Shown: positions 29,211 through 40,684 of the stretch, piece by piece
Position numbering within the stretch: the stretch's first letter is position 1
Layout: each line of letters opens with the position of its first letter
Origin: an uncultured Planctomycetota bacterium
Lineage (GTDB): Bacteria > Planctomycetota > Planctomycetia > Isosphaerales > Isosphaeraceae
Length of the DNA: 64,000 nt
NCBI GenBank assembly: GCA_963845755.1
Contig: CAWJTV010000041.1
Span: 32,001 to 96,000, forward strand
Direction of reading: 5' to 3'
Program-made: the position numbers and the translations under genes
Notes under the pieces: model-generated
Told to the model about the DNA's origin: nothing
Databases searched by the model: none
What the model saw: only the letters and a program-made list of their open reading frames with translations

Positions 29211-29900
29211 TCAAGCAACGGGTCGCGCCGGCGAGAGTTGCTTACGAAAGCACCAAATCGCCAGAACCAACACAAATAAACTCAATACGACTGTCACCAA
29301 GAGAAATCCCTGGTGCTTACGCGGAGGAGCAGGCTCGGCCGCGGGGGTCGGCTGGTTCGTCACCCATTGGCTCGTCACGCCGGTTGCCGTCTTGAAATTG
29401 ACGATGTTCGCCGCAAATTCCCTCTTGAGCGGGTTGTTCCCTTCGAAACTGCCCACGGTGGCACCGTTGGCGGTGATATCAAAGACGAGCGGGTTCAATG
29501 ACCTCCTGCTGGAAAGGACATAGGTGAACGTTCCGAATCCGTCGGCAGTTCCGCCCCCAGCAAGGCTCCAACCGGTTGCTAAAGTCGGTGGAACGAACGC
29601 GATGTTGGACATTGTCAGAGGAACGGTACTGTTGAACGCGAACTCGCCGATCCCCAAGCCCGTAAGGGGGGGGAGATACAGAGCGCATGCATTGGCTGTA
29701 ACGTTGAACTCGACCGCATTGGTCCCTTTTGGGGTCAGTACGACCGTTGCATAGTTAGTGCCCAGAGGCAGCAGATTCGACACGGTAAGCTGGACCGTGT
29801 CTCCGCTCGAATCTCGACCCGCCGAGACGAGGAGCATGGTGCTGACCAGGATCAGGGCGCGACAATCGTGCGTCCGGAAAAGACTCAGAGGGTTCGTCAT
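29211..29900 (-). CDS. exported protein with C-terminal membrane anchor
   Basis: N-terminal hydrophobic signal, beta-rich body, C-terminal Pro-rich linker + TM + RK. Confidence 0.65.
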   Translation of the reverse strand: MTNPLSLFRTHDCRALILVSTMLLVSAGRDSSGDTVQLTVSNLLPLGTNYATVVLTPKGTNAVEFNVTANACALYLPPLTGLGIGEFAFNSTVPLTMSNIAFVPPTLATGWSLAGGGTADGFGTFTYVLSSRRSLNPLVFDITANGATVGSFEGNNPLKREFAANIVNFKTATGVTSQWVTNQPTPAAEPAPPRKHQGFLLVTVVLSLFVLVLAIWCFRKQLSPARPVA

Positions 29901-30050
29901 CGAAGAATTCCTTCTACGATCAATGATCCCCGGTCTCCAAGCACCGGGAACCTCGGAAAAAAGGGGGCGGAACCGTGAACGGGAACACCTACCAGCCGGC
30001 GAGCGTCCCTGAACTTGGGCCAGAAGTTTGAAAGATTGAGAAACACAAAT

Positions 30051-33000
30051 TTATTTATGTGTATCTCTCGCCGTTGCATCCTCGTGCCGGACGTGGCACG
30101 GAGCGGTGAATCGGCGACGGATCGGGATAATGCCGCGGGCCGCGCCAACGTGGGTCCAGCCTGCGACGAGCAGGACAGCGGCATGCGATGCCGATGCCGA
30201 AGTCCGCTTCGGAACCGAATTGGCTCCCGCGAATCGTGAGGGGCGAATCTCCATGCGAGCGAACTTGAGCGGCCACTCTCCGGTAGGCTCGCCCACGTGA
30301 AATCGTGTGGGAGGCTCCGGACATTCCCCATGGGCGTTGTTCGCTCCCAGCAAATCCAGGATTGCGTCGATTGCTTTGCCCCGGTCCGTCTGCCGTGGGC
30401 TTTGCGGCTTGCCTGTCTGGCTGCCGCCTTCGACCTGGCCGGGCGCTTGCAGGAAACTCGACGGCGGCTCCGGCGATGGCGGCCGGGCCCCGGGGCGGAT
30501 CCTCGACGGATCGGTACCCGAGGGCGTATCCGAGCCCGAGGAGAATCGATCCCGGTTTTCTCGGCCGAATTGATCGAGGGCCTCGTCGAGGCCCAGAATG
30601 AGGCGATCCCGGGTCGAGGAGCCCGTCGGGAACGGACCGGCGGCGCCATTCTCGGGGTTACCCTCCACTTCTACGGGACTGTCCTCGATGCCGTTGCCGC
30701 CTCGCTGGGTCACACTCTGGCCGAACGAGGTCTCCGCGCCAAGGGATAAGGCGCCATTGGAGATTGCCGAGGCCTCGATCGGGACGAGGCCGATCCCGCT
30801 TGAGGCCGGCTCGATCGTCAAGGTCAGCAGTGTGCCAACCAACTCCAGCGACGATTCCTGGAGTGAGACAAGTTGAATGATGTCGTTCGACGGAAGCACC
30901 GGGGTTGGAGATGCGGTATTCCCGATCAGATTGATGGCGACGAGGATGGCCGCCTCCCGCCCCTCCGTGGCCGCGTAGAAGAACACCTGGCCGCCGGTGA
31001 GGACCGAGAATGACAGATCCGAAGGATTGGGAAGATCGCGAATCGTCTCTCGCGATATCAGGACCAGACCCTCGGTTCCCCCCTCGAAGAGCGCCAGGAC
31101 GCCATTGCCGGCATTGCCGACGACCAGGCCCTCAAAGCCGCCGCCCGAAGGGAATGCGAACGCCGTCAACGGATCGGTCCCCCCGGAGAGGATCGTCGTG
31201 GTGACCGGGTTCGGACTGTTGAATCCAGAGATCATCGTCAGGTCGTTCGACCCGGCGTTCACCGTCACCAGGTCGGTCCGGCCGTCGAAGTTGCCGGCGA
31301 AGCTGGTCACCGGATTGGTTCCCACGGCGTAGATCGTCGGGTCCGTATCGTTGAAGAACCCCTGGCCCACGCCCGGCAGGAGTCGGACGTCGTTCGAACC
31401 GCTGTCGGTAACCAGGAGGTCGGGATAGACGTCGCTGGTGAAGTAACCCACGATGGTGGACACGGGCCCGGATCCCCCCGGCCTCAGCCGCTCGCCCGGC
31501 GTGAAGCGGAGGTCCCCTTGATTGAGCAGGATCGAGACGTCGTTGGAGCCCTCGTTGGCGATCACCAGGTCGAGCCGCGGTTCACCGTTGGGGAACTTCT
31601 CACCCGTGAGGTCGGCCACGGTGACCCCCACCGGGTTGGTGCCCACGAAGTAGCCATGCCCGCCATTGACGGCCGGCCCGAACTGGCCATTGCCTAGACC
31701 GGGATAAATCAGCACGTTATTGCTGCCGCTGTTGGCCACGATCAGGTCGGGGATCCCGTCGCCGTTCAGATCGGCCAACGTCACGGCACCGGGATCGAGC
31801 AGGCCTGTGGATTGATTGTCCAGTACAGTCGAGCCGCTCGCACCATAGTCGACGACCACACGGTCAAGCCCCTGGTCGGCGTAGATGACGTCCTTCGAGC
31901 CGTTTCCCGTGAGGCCGGCCACGGCCAGAGTGATGGTCTGATTGGTGTTGCGATAGGGCTCGAACGTGCCGTTCCCCTGGCCCAGCAGCACCAGGAGGTC
32001 ACCGAGCGGATTGCTGACGAGCAGGTCGGGATTACCGTCATGATTAATGTCGGCGATCGCCAGGCCGTCCGGATCGGTGCCGGCATCGTAGACCACCGGA
32101 GGCAAGAAACCGCCATGGCCATTGCCAAGCTCGATATCCACGCCATTGGCGGTGAGAATTGCGAGATCCAGGATGCCGTCCTGGTTGAAGTCGGCCAGAC
32201 GGATCACACGTGCGGGCTCCTGGGTCGGCGACGCGACCGGATTGGCGAAGCGGCCCTGTCCCAGGCCCTCGAGAACGTCGAGCATGTTCGAACCCGGGTT
32301 GATCGTCACCAGGTCGGTCGGCCCGCCCGCGATGAGTGACCCGGCGGCCACGCCCGCAGTGTCTTCCAGGCTGAGCACCTCCGGTGAACCGCCGGACTCG
32401 TCGATGCTGGAAATGCCGGCCCCGGCGCGATAGATCGTCGGCGCGGTGAAGGTCCCGTTGCCCTGGTTACGGAGGATGCTCACCTGGCCTGTGACCTGGT
32501 TGGTGACGACGAGGTCGAGTATCCCGCTCCCCGTGGTATCGACGGCGGCCACGTCGGAGACGCCCAGGCCGGTCGTGAGAATCACGGGTGCCAGGAAACT
32601 CGGTGGTAAGAACTGGGGATTATAGGGGCCGGTCAACCCACCTTGGTTGAGCGTGGTGCCCAGGTAAACCGAGAGCGTGCCGTCGCCGGCATTGCGGACG
32701 ACCAGGTCGTCCAGGCCGTCCCCGTTCAGCTCGGCCGAAAGGATCTGCGCCGGGAGCTGGCCGGTGGTGAGCGAGCCGTCCAGCCGGACAAAGCTGCCGT
32801 CACGCCACGCGTAGAAGGAGATCGCATTGTCCTGGGAGTCAACGCTGGCGATCAGCGGGCCCTGATCGGTCTTTGGGAGGTATGCGATACCGCGCGATGG
32901 GAAGCCCGGATTGATCGCGATGGGGGGAGCAAACGAAGTGGAGCCCTGAGCGAGTCCCTGGCGATACAAAATGTCGCCGGCCGCGTCGATCACCAACGCA

Positions 33001-35609
33001 TCGTCGATGCCGTCGCCATTGATGTCGGCTACCACGGGTGTGTTATCAGGCGCGGTTGCAATCCAGTTCGCGGTCGTAAACGTGCCGTCGCTGTTGGTGA
33101 GCAGAACGGGAATCGTACTGGGGTCGGGACTGATGGCGGCCAGGTCGAGCCGACCGTCCCCGTTGAAGTCGCCCGCCACCAAATCATCGACGTAAGCCCC
33201 CACCCCGAACGTTTCCGGATCCTGGAAGGTGCCGTCGCCATTGCCCATCAGCACGGACACGGTCTGTAGGTAACCGTTGGCAATGGCCAGGTCGAGCCGG
33301 CCCTTCCCGTTGAAGTCCCCCGTCACCAGGGATCCGTTCGCGCCTCCCGTCCCGTAAGTAACCTGGGGCTCGAATGTACCGTCGCCATTACCCAGCAGTA
33401 CCGACACCGTGCCGCCGTACTGGTTGTCGACGGCGAGGTCGAGCGGGCCGTTGCCGGTGAAATCGCCGGCTACGATGGCGTTCGGGTCTTCGCCTACGTG
33501 ATAAGTGACCTGGGGCTGGAAGGTGCCGTTCCCATTGCCTATCAGCACGGACACAGTTCCGTCAACCAGGTTGGCGACGGCGAGGTCGAGCGGACCCTTG
33601 CCGGTGAAATCGCCGGCAACGATGGCGTCCGGGCCTTCGCCCACTGGATAAGCGACCGCGGGCTGGAAGCTGCCGTTGCCATTGCCCAGCAACACCGACA
33701 CCGTGTCGTCGCCCTGGTTGACGACCGCGAGGTCGAGTCGGCCGTCGCCCGTGAAGTCACCCGCCACGATCGCGTCCGGGAAAGAACCCACCCCATAAAT
33801 CAACTGGGTCTGGAAGGTACCGTCGCCATTACCCATCAGAATCGACACGGTCCCGTCGCCTTTATTGGCGACGGCGAGGTCGAGCCGTCCGTCTCCGTTG
33901 AAGTCGCCCGCCACCAGGGCACTCGGCTGGTCGCCCACCGCGAATTCGCCCTGTTCCTGGAAAGTGCCGTCGCCATTGCCCAGCAGCACGGAGACCTCGT
34001 TCGTGAGAGCGTCGGCGGTCGCCAGGTCGAGTCGGCCGTCACCGTTGAAGTCTCCCTCCACCGAAGAATTCTGAGGGAATGCCAGCGGAATCTGATCCGC
34101 GGCCTGTCCGTAGAAGGTGCCGTTCCCGTTGCCCAGTAGTAGGGAGATATTGTCGGAGTAAGCATTCGAAATGGCCAGGTCGAGACGGCCGTCGCCATCG
34201 AAATCACCCGCCACCAGGGCGCTCGCCCCGTTTCCCGCGGCGAACCGTTGTTGAGGCTCGAAGGTGCCGTTGCCATTTCCCAGCAGCACGGAGACGTCAT
34301 TGGAATAGATGTTGGCGACGGCGAGGTCGAGCCGGCCGTCCCCGTTGAAATCCTCGGCCACCAGGGCGCTCGGGCCGTTTCCCGTCGCGAAAGTGACCTG
34401 TGGCTGAAACTTGCCGTGGCCATCGCCGAGTAGCAGGGAGATGTTGTTGGAACCGGAGTTGGCGACGGCCAGATCCAGGTGGCCGTCGCCCGTAAAGTCA
34501 CCCGCTACGAGGGAGGTGGGGGACGACCCTACCGGGTAGGTCACCTGGGGTTGGAAGACGCCATATCCATTATTGATCAACACCGATACCCTGTCGTCGC
34601 CTTGGTTGGCGACGGCGAGGTCGAGCCGACCGTCGCCGGTGAAGTCACCCGCCACGATGGAGCTCGGGGACGGCCCCACATCATAGGTCACCTGAGGCTG
34701 GAAGGTGCCGTTGCCATTGCCCATCAGGACGGACACGGTGCCGTCGGACTGGTTGGCGGCGGCGAGGTCGAGCCGACCGTCGCCATTGAAGTCACCCACT
34801 ACCAGGGAGTCTGGTCCATATCCGACCGTATATTGCTCTTGGATCGGGAAGCTGCCGTCGCCGTTGCCCAGGAACACGGAGACGGTGTTGGAGAACGAGT
34901 CGGCGATGGCCAGGTCGGCGTTGCCATCACCATTGAAGTCGCCGCTAATCAATGCGAGCGAGTTCCCAGACGGGTTGTAAGTGATCGGGGGATTCTGGAA
35001 CGTCCCATCCCCAGTTCCCAACAAGAGGAGGTTGGGCGTTGCGAGGTCGGGGATCCCGTCGCTATTGAAATCGCCGAGGGCGATCGGTTCGAAGTAGGGC
35101 GATCCATTTTCCACCTGCTGGAAGGGCTCAGTCGTCGGTGTGAGTGACGTCGTCAGGGCATAGTCACCCGCGCCGCCGGTACTCTGCACTTCGAGGTAGT
35201 AGGTCCCCATCGTGAGATGCGTCTGGATCAGGTCCTCGGGATTGTCGGTTGAAAGACCGTCGCTCTGCATGAGCAACTGACCTTGAGAGTCCAGCAAGGA
35301 GAGTCGTGCGGTGATGTCGTCGGGGTGGACATTGGCGATCAGCAATCCATCGGCGGGCGTGTTGATCTGGAAGAAATCGAGGTCCTCATTCCCGGCGAGG
35401 TGACCCGATTCGGTCGTCGCCCCCACCGACGACACGGGGATCACGATGGCCTGCGCGAGCTCGCTGGACATCGCGGGAGGACCGGACGAGAGCAAGGTGC
35501 GATCCTCGAGCCCGAGGACTCCGGGGGCGTAGCAGGCCCGGCACCGTGTGCGCGAGTAGCGCGGGTCGTCCCGGTTCTTTTTGGGGCGCGAGGGTCTGGG
35601 AGAAAACAT
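30051..35609 (-). CDS. large secreted FG-GAP/VCBS repeat protein (1852 aa) with PPC-like N-terminal domain
   Basis: LEDRTLLS motif; many GDFNGDGRLDLAVAN…VSVLLGNGDGTF repeats. Confidence 0.92.
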   Translation of the reverse strand: MFSPRPSRPKKNRDDPRYSRTRCRACYAPGVLGLEDRTLLSSGPPAMSSELAQAIVIPVSSVGATTESGHLAGNEDLDFFQINTPADGLLIANVHPDDITARLSLLDSQGQLLMQSDGLSTDNPEDLIQTHLTMGTYYLEVQSTGGAGDYALTTSLTPTTEPFQQVENGSPYFEPIALGDFNSDGIPDLATPNLLLLGTGDGTFQNPPITYNPSGNSLALISGDFNGDGNADLAIADSFSNTVSVFLGNGDGSFPIQEQYTVGYGPDSLVVGDFNGDGRLDLAAANQSDGTVSVLMGNGNGTFQPQVTYDVGPSPSSIVAGDFTGDGRLDLAVANQGDDRVSVLINNGYGVFQPQVTYPVGSSPTSLVAGDFTGDGHLDLAVANSGSNNISLLLGDGHGKFQPQVTFATGNGPSALVAEDFNGDGRLDLAVANIYSNDVSVLLGNGNGTFEPQQRFAAGNGASALVAGDFDGDGRLDLAISNAYSDNISLLLGNGNGTFYGQAADQIPLAFPQNSSVEGDFNGDGRLDLATADALTNEVSVLLGNGDGTFQEQGEFAVGDQPSALVAGDFNGDGRLDLAVANKGDGTVSILMGNGDGTFQTQLIYGVGSFPDAIVAGDFTGDGRLDLAVVNQGDDTVSVLLGNGNGSFQPAVAYPVGEGPDAIVAGDFTGKGPLDLAVANLVDGTVSVLIGNGNGTFQPQVTYHVGEDPNAIVAGDFTGNGPLDLAVDNQYGGTVSVLLGNGDGTFEPQVTYGTGGANGSLVTGDFNGKGRLDLAIANGYLQTVSVLMGNGDGTFQDPETFGVGAYVDDLVAGDFNGDGRLDLAAISPDPSTIPVLLTNSDGTFTTANWIATAPDNTPVVADINGDGIDDALVIDAAGDILYRQGLAQGSTSFAPPIAINPGFPSRGIAYLPKTDQGPLIASVDSQDNAISFYAWRDGSFVRLDGSLTTGQLPAQILSAELNGDGLDDLVVRNAGDGTLSVYLGTTLNQGGLTGPYNPQFLPPSFLAPVILTTGLGVSDVAAVDTTGSGILDLVVTNQVTGQVSILRNQGNGTFTAPTIYRAGAGISSIDESGGSPEVLSLEDTAGVAAGSLIAGGPTDLVTINPGSNMLDVLEGLGQGRFANPVASPTQEPARVIRLADFNQDGILDLAILTANGVDIELGNGHGGFLPPVVYDAGTDPDGLAIADINHDGNPDLLVSNPLGDLLVLLGQGNGTFEPYRNTNQTITLAVAGLTGNGSKDVIYADQGLDRVVVDYGASGSTVLDNQSTGLLDPGAVTLADLNGDGIPDLIVANSGSNNVLIYPGLGNGQFGPAVNGGHGYFVGTNPVGVTVADLTGEKFPNGEPRLDLVIANEGSNDVSILLNQGDLRFTPGERLRPGGSGPVSTIVGYFTSDVYPDLLVTDSGSNDVRLLPGVGQGFFNDTDPTIYAVGTNPVTSFAGNFDGRTDLVTVNAGSNDLTMISGFNSPNPVTTTILSGGTDPLTAFAFPSGGGFEGLVVGNAGNGVLALFEGGTEGLVLISRETIRDLPNPSDLSFSVLTGGQVFFYAATEGREAAILVAINLIGNTASPTPVLPSNDIIQLVSLQESSLELVGTLLTLTIEPASSGIGLVPIEASAISNGALSLGAETSFGQSVTQRGGNGIEDSPVEVEGNPENGAAGPFPTGSSTRDRLILGLDEALDQFGRENRDRFSSGSDTPSGTDPSRIRPGARPPSPEPPSSFLQAPGQVEGGSQTGKPQSPRQTDRGKAIDAILDLLGANNAHGECPEPPTRFHVGEPTGEWPLKFARMEIRPSRFAGANSVPKRTSASASHAAVLLVAGWTHVGAARGIIPIRRRFTAPCHVRHEDATARDTHK

Positions 35610-35670
35610 CGGGCGGCCTCCAGTTGATTCTGCAAGCCATCCTGAGCGCGGACTCTCTCTACCCTTGCTA

Positions 35671-38600
35671 TCAAGATTTCGGCCGAGAACCCGTCGGAGA
35701 AATGGACGGACCGGGCGGCAACACGGACCTCAGCCGGCGGTGAATGATGGCCAGGTCCCGGTCTTTGAAGATATCTGCGACAAATGCGGCTCGCCGATCG
35801 ACCGGGAGGCCATTCACCGCATCCTGGAGCAGCACGACTGCGCGATCCCGGTACTGATTCGTCAGCCCCACGGCATCCTGGACCGTCTTTCGGACTTCCG
35901 AACTGGCTGCGACGGCCGCCTGGGAAAGCACCAGTGCGGCGCTGTACCTCATCTGTGCGGTCGGCTTACCAAGGCGGAGGGCCTTCTCCACGTCGGCGAC
36001 CGCCTGGCGGTACTGGCCCAGATGCACCCGGGCCGATCCCCGGCCGAGGAAAGCCTCGCTCGAGGAATCGTCGAGGTGGATGGCTCTCTCGAAGTCCCGG
36101 AACGCCAATCGGGGCGCCGCCGTCACCTGATAGAGCAAACCGCGGGCGACGAGCAAAGGGACGGAATCAGGGCACAGGGCCAGCGCCTTGGTATCATCCT
36201 CGATCGCACCGGCGTAATCCTGGCGGCCGGCCCGGGCCAGGCCGCGCAGCCTGTAGAGTTCGACCGAGGAACTGTCTCGCGCCAGCAAGGCGTCACAGGA
36301 GCTGATCACATCGTCGTAGCGCTTCAGCACCATCAGCACGTCGATGCGCAGACGGTGGGCCTCGAGATAATTCGGCGCGACCTTCAGGGCCGTTTCGCAC
36401 GTGGCGAGGGCCTCCGGCTCGCGACCCTGCTGGTGCAGCAACCGGGCGCATGTCGTGTAGTCCCGCGCCCGCACGGGATCGTTCGGAGCCGAGAGCCGGA
36501 TCGCCTGATCGAGGTCGTCCAGGGCCTGCGCCTCGTGGGCAGGAGTTGAGTCCGGCGCGCGAGCTCCACGTCGGCCCGGGCGCGGTACAAAGGTGCCAAG
36601 TCCGGCTGAAGAGCGATGGCCTGAGTAAACTCGGCGATCGCCTCATCCAGTCGGTTCTGCCGCCAGCGAACCTGTGCCAGCGCCTCATGGGCTGGAAACT
36701 GATGTCCGTTCAAGACGATCGCCGCCTGAAGGTCGGCCACGGCCTTGTTCCAGTCCCGGCGTTCGAGCCAGAAAAGACCGCGGTTGACCAGAGCCTGGTA
36801 CTTGACTTCATCGTTAGGCTGCTCGGCGAGGAGCTTCAGGGCCTTGTCGAAATCCACCTCGGCGGCATCGAGCTGAACCTGCGCCTCGGTCCGAGGCACG
36901 TTGACAGCGGGCTGGGAGTTCACCGCGGGAGAGCGGGCCAAATCAGAGGCTTGCCGGGAGGCGAGGCCGCGGAGCACGAAGAGCCCGGGGAGATCGGGCT
37001 TGATTTGCAAGCACGCAGTGAGCTGGGCCTTGGCCAGCAACGGCTCGCGGACGTACAAGTTGGATCGCGCCGCGAGGTAATGGGCCCAGAAATCGTCCGG
37101 CTTGAGCAGGAGTGCGGCGTCGAACTGCTGTTTGGCTGCGACCCAATCGCGGCGCTGGTATCGCTCCTGTCCAGCGAGGAAATGATCGAATGCCGTCGTC
37201 GGCGGAACGCGGACGGCCGCACGGCGTTCCTGTTCGGCTCCCGTCGCATCCCCCAGACGGCTGAGACAGGCGCCGCGACGCAGATGGTACGCCCGGGTGG
37301 GAGGATGCCGTTGGGCAGCCTGGTCCAGGAAATGCAGGCCCTGGTCGGGCTGCTCCGCCGCCTCGGCCAGGACCAGGAGAAGGACATAGGAACCGTCGCG
37401 GATCTCGTCGCACTGCGGCTGGGACAGGCTCGCCGGCAAGGTGGCTGGCATCCCGGAGTCTCCGGAGCCCTGCGCCGCAAAAACGGCCAGCGCCGCACGG
37501 GCCGCACGGCGGGTTTCCTTCAGGCTGGTCAGCGCGTCCATTCCCGGGAACGGGGTATCGTGGATCAAGGCTTCGTCCCGGAGCCGCACGAATTCGCGAT
37601 ACCGCTCCTGGTCGGCGTCGCGGGCCTGCCGGTCGGCGTCGCGGCCCTGCTGCTCGTCCTGTCCTCGTGCGGCTTGAGCAAGCAACGCTTCGGCCTGCTG
37701 ATGAAGGTCGACGAGCTGCGGTTCTTTGAGCGACTGCCAATGAGCCTTGTTGAGGACCTCCTTCGCATCGCCCCACTTCTCTTTCGCGAGATATTCCTGG
37801 CCACTCAGGAGTGATAGAAAGACTATGCGGCGCACCTGCTCAACGCGCAGGTCCTCCGTCCGCATGAGCCAAAATCCCACCCCACTCAGCGTCAGGGCCG
37901 CCACCAGGCTCAGCGCCGTGAGCGTGGCCGCCACAGGCCGGCGCCTGGCCCATTTCCGACCGCGTTCCCACCATCGTATGGATCGAGCCTTGATCGCCTC
38001 GCCGTTGAGATAGCGCTCCAGGTCGTCGGCGAGTTCACTCGCGGAGGCGTATCGCCTGATGGGTTCCTTGGAGAGGCATTTCAGGCAGATGGTTTCCAGG
38101 TCGCGCTCCAGGCGTGGGACCAGGCGCGTCGGGGGGACCGGATCCTCGTCGACCACCTGGCGTACGGTCTCCACGGGCGTTTCCCCTTTGAAGGGTGGGC
38201 GTCCCGTGAACATCTCATAGAGGATCGCGCCCAGCGAGTAGACATCGGCGGCCGGGCCGACGTCTCGGGCGCGGCCCCGCGCCTGTTCGGGGGCCATGTA
38301 GCTCGGCGATCCCATGATCATACCGGATTCCGTCGGCGTGTTCGACGACTCCAATCGCTTCGCCAGGCCGAAGTCGCTGATCTTGGGAACCCCGTTGGAA
38401 GTGAACAGGATATTCGATGGCTTGAGGTCGCGATGAATGATCCCCGCCTGATGCGCGGCGTGAATGGCCCGGGCCAGCGTGACCATCAGCTCCGCCGCGC
38501 TCCTTCCCGGCTGCGGCGTCCGCGCGAGTCGATCCGCAAGGCTGCCGCCGTCGAGTAATTCCAGCGCCAGGAACGGACGATCGCCGGCCGTACCGATGTC

Positions 38601-39593
38601 GTAGATCTGGAGGATGTGCGGATGGCGTAGCTGAGCGATCGTCTCGGCCTCGATGCGGAATCGCAAGAACTGATCGGGGCGGTCGCTGGAGGTCCCGCGG
38701 ATCATCTTCACCGCCACCAGGCGATTCAGGCCCACCTGGCGGGCTTTGTAGACCACTCCCATGCCACCTTGGCCCAGCTTTTCGAGGAGGACATAGCCCG
38801 GGATCCACATCCTCAGGGGAGAAACCGTCCCGGCGCGGCTTCGCGCTGGGTAATGCTGGGGATCACTCGTATCGTGGGTTGAGTCGGGATCTCTCGAACC
38901 CGGATCGTGAAAGTCACGTTCCGTACTCTCGAGGTCGGCCGTACTGATGGATTCCAGGACGGTTTCCAGAACCGGATCGCGTGTTGCTCCGGGATCCGAG
39001 AATGGCTCTCGGCAGCCGGACATCTCCTCGGTCGCCTCTCCGGGCGCATCGATCAAGTCGATCGCGGTAAGGGTGGCCGAATCCTGGGTTTTTGGCCTCG
39101 CGTCCAGGGTATAGCTGGCCGCGAGCAGGTCCTGGTTCCGGATCCACTGAGTCGTCGACACCCGGAAATACGGCCGACGATGATCGATCTCCTCGTGAGC
39201 CGAGATCCCGGTCGGGCCACGCCAAGGCGATCGCCCGCTGTGAATCGGGAGGAGCGGTCCGGCAGTGATCGAGAGCGTCGCCGAAAACCCACCTGAGCAC
39301 TCTGTCGCGCACTCATACATGGCAGCATCGATGCCGCTAGAATCCTGGGGAAAGCGCCTTTGGTAGTCGTCGGCCGTGGGATTCTCGCCGGCTTCACGGC
39401 GCAGTTCCAACTCGACAGCGAGCAATTCCCAGAACAGGGTCTTGCGATCCGGCCGCGGCCAGGCGGCCACATAATCTTCGATCCTGGGCGACTCACCGGC
39501 GCGCCAGGCGACCTCGAAGCGGTCACACGCGGCGTCGATGAGGTAGAGGGTCGACAACTCCCAGCTACACTGACTCCCATTATCGCGGGTCAT
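35671..39593 (-). CDS. membrane Ser/Thr protein kinase with TPR repeats, frameshift near 36530
   Basis: LGQGGMGVVY, VAVK, HRDLKPSN, DFG, YMAPE; TM segment; TPRs continue in ORF 35671..36474. Confidence 0.9.
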
Positions 39594-39688
39594 GGTCGGC
39601 TCCCGTCCCCACTTGGCGGACTCGGCCCGCCCGAGGGTCACTCTACCGTGTTATCTCCAAATGCACCCCGAAGTGTGACACGAGGCAT

Positions 39689-40287
39689 TCAGGAGAGTTC
39701 ACCGCACCATTCGCGGCGGATCAATGCGAGCTTGCGTTGCACGGCCCGTCGCGTGCATCCCAGTCGAGCCGCCACCTCGTCGGCCGTGTAGCCCTCGAGC
39801 TTCCAGACGGCGACTCGTCGGAGCGTCTCGTTGGCCAGGGACTCCAGACGATCCTGGTATTCTTCGGCCAGCATGGCCGCGAACTCGGGGGTCGGTTCGA
39901 GGCCGGGCAGTTGCTCGAGACTGCTCCCGTTTTTCTCGAGCGACGCCTCGCCGTGGACGAGTCCCCCCCTCGACGTTGGGTCATCTCGTGCCGGACCTGG
40001 TCGGCGACCTTGCGCTGGGTGAGGACCACGAGGATTCGCCAGAGGTCATTCCGATCGTCCAGTCGGGGGAATCGTCCCGCTTTGACGCCGCGGCAGAAGC
40101 TATCGAAGGCCCCCAGCGCCGCGTCCTCCGCGTCGCCGACGGGTTGAGAGGCGCCTCGGAGCCGCTTGCGGGCCAGATTCACGAGTTTCTCGAAATAACG
40201 CTCCCACAGCGGTTGGGCGGCGCCGTCACCGCCCGTCTTCAAATCGCCGATCCAGGCCGTGACCGACCCCTCACTCTCGCCGGGCAT
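39689..40287 (-). CDS. ECF-type sigma factor (planctomycete type), frameshifted
   Basis: GSVTAWI…AAQPLWERYF…; C-terminal KLEGYT..EVA.RLGC..R.V.RKL. Confidence 0.88.
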
Positions 40288-40684
40288 CGACTCGCCCCCT
40301 TCATGATTGGGATTCGTCTCCTGGTCGATCGTGCGACGATCTCGTGAGGAAAACGGGGAGAGAACGTGTGTATCGTTGGGATGAAACCGTGTTTGCTGAC
40401 ACTCTCCTGAGAATTCCGCAGTTTTCCCCTTATGATTAATCATCCCATCTCACGATGCCCTCCTGCAAGCCCGGGCCATGGCGAACACCGAACCGAGTTT
40501 CCGCGTATGACCGGCGACCCGAGGAGCCAGGGACCGGTCTTCGCCCAAAGCCAACCTTGCGAGATGGAGGCATGCCGTCTACGATGGCATGTTCGCCCAT
40601 TGCGGAGTGGGGACGTGTCGGAACAAAACCGGGCGGCGACATCCGGCGCGAGCGCTCCGCAAGTCCCGATCTGGCAAGGAGTCC

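Noticed and set aside
33100..35000. Periodic DNA repeats as a non-coding array
   Set aside because: They are explained by the FG-GAP protein repeats.
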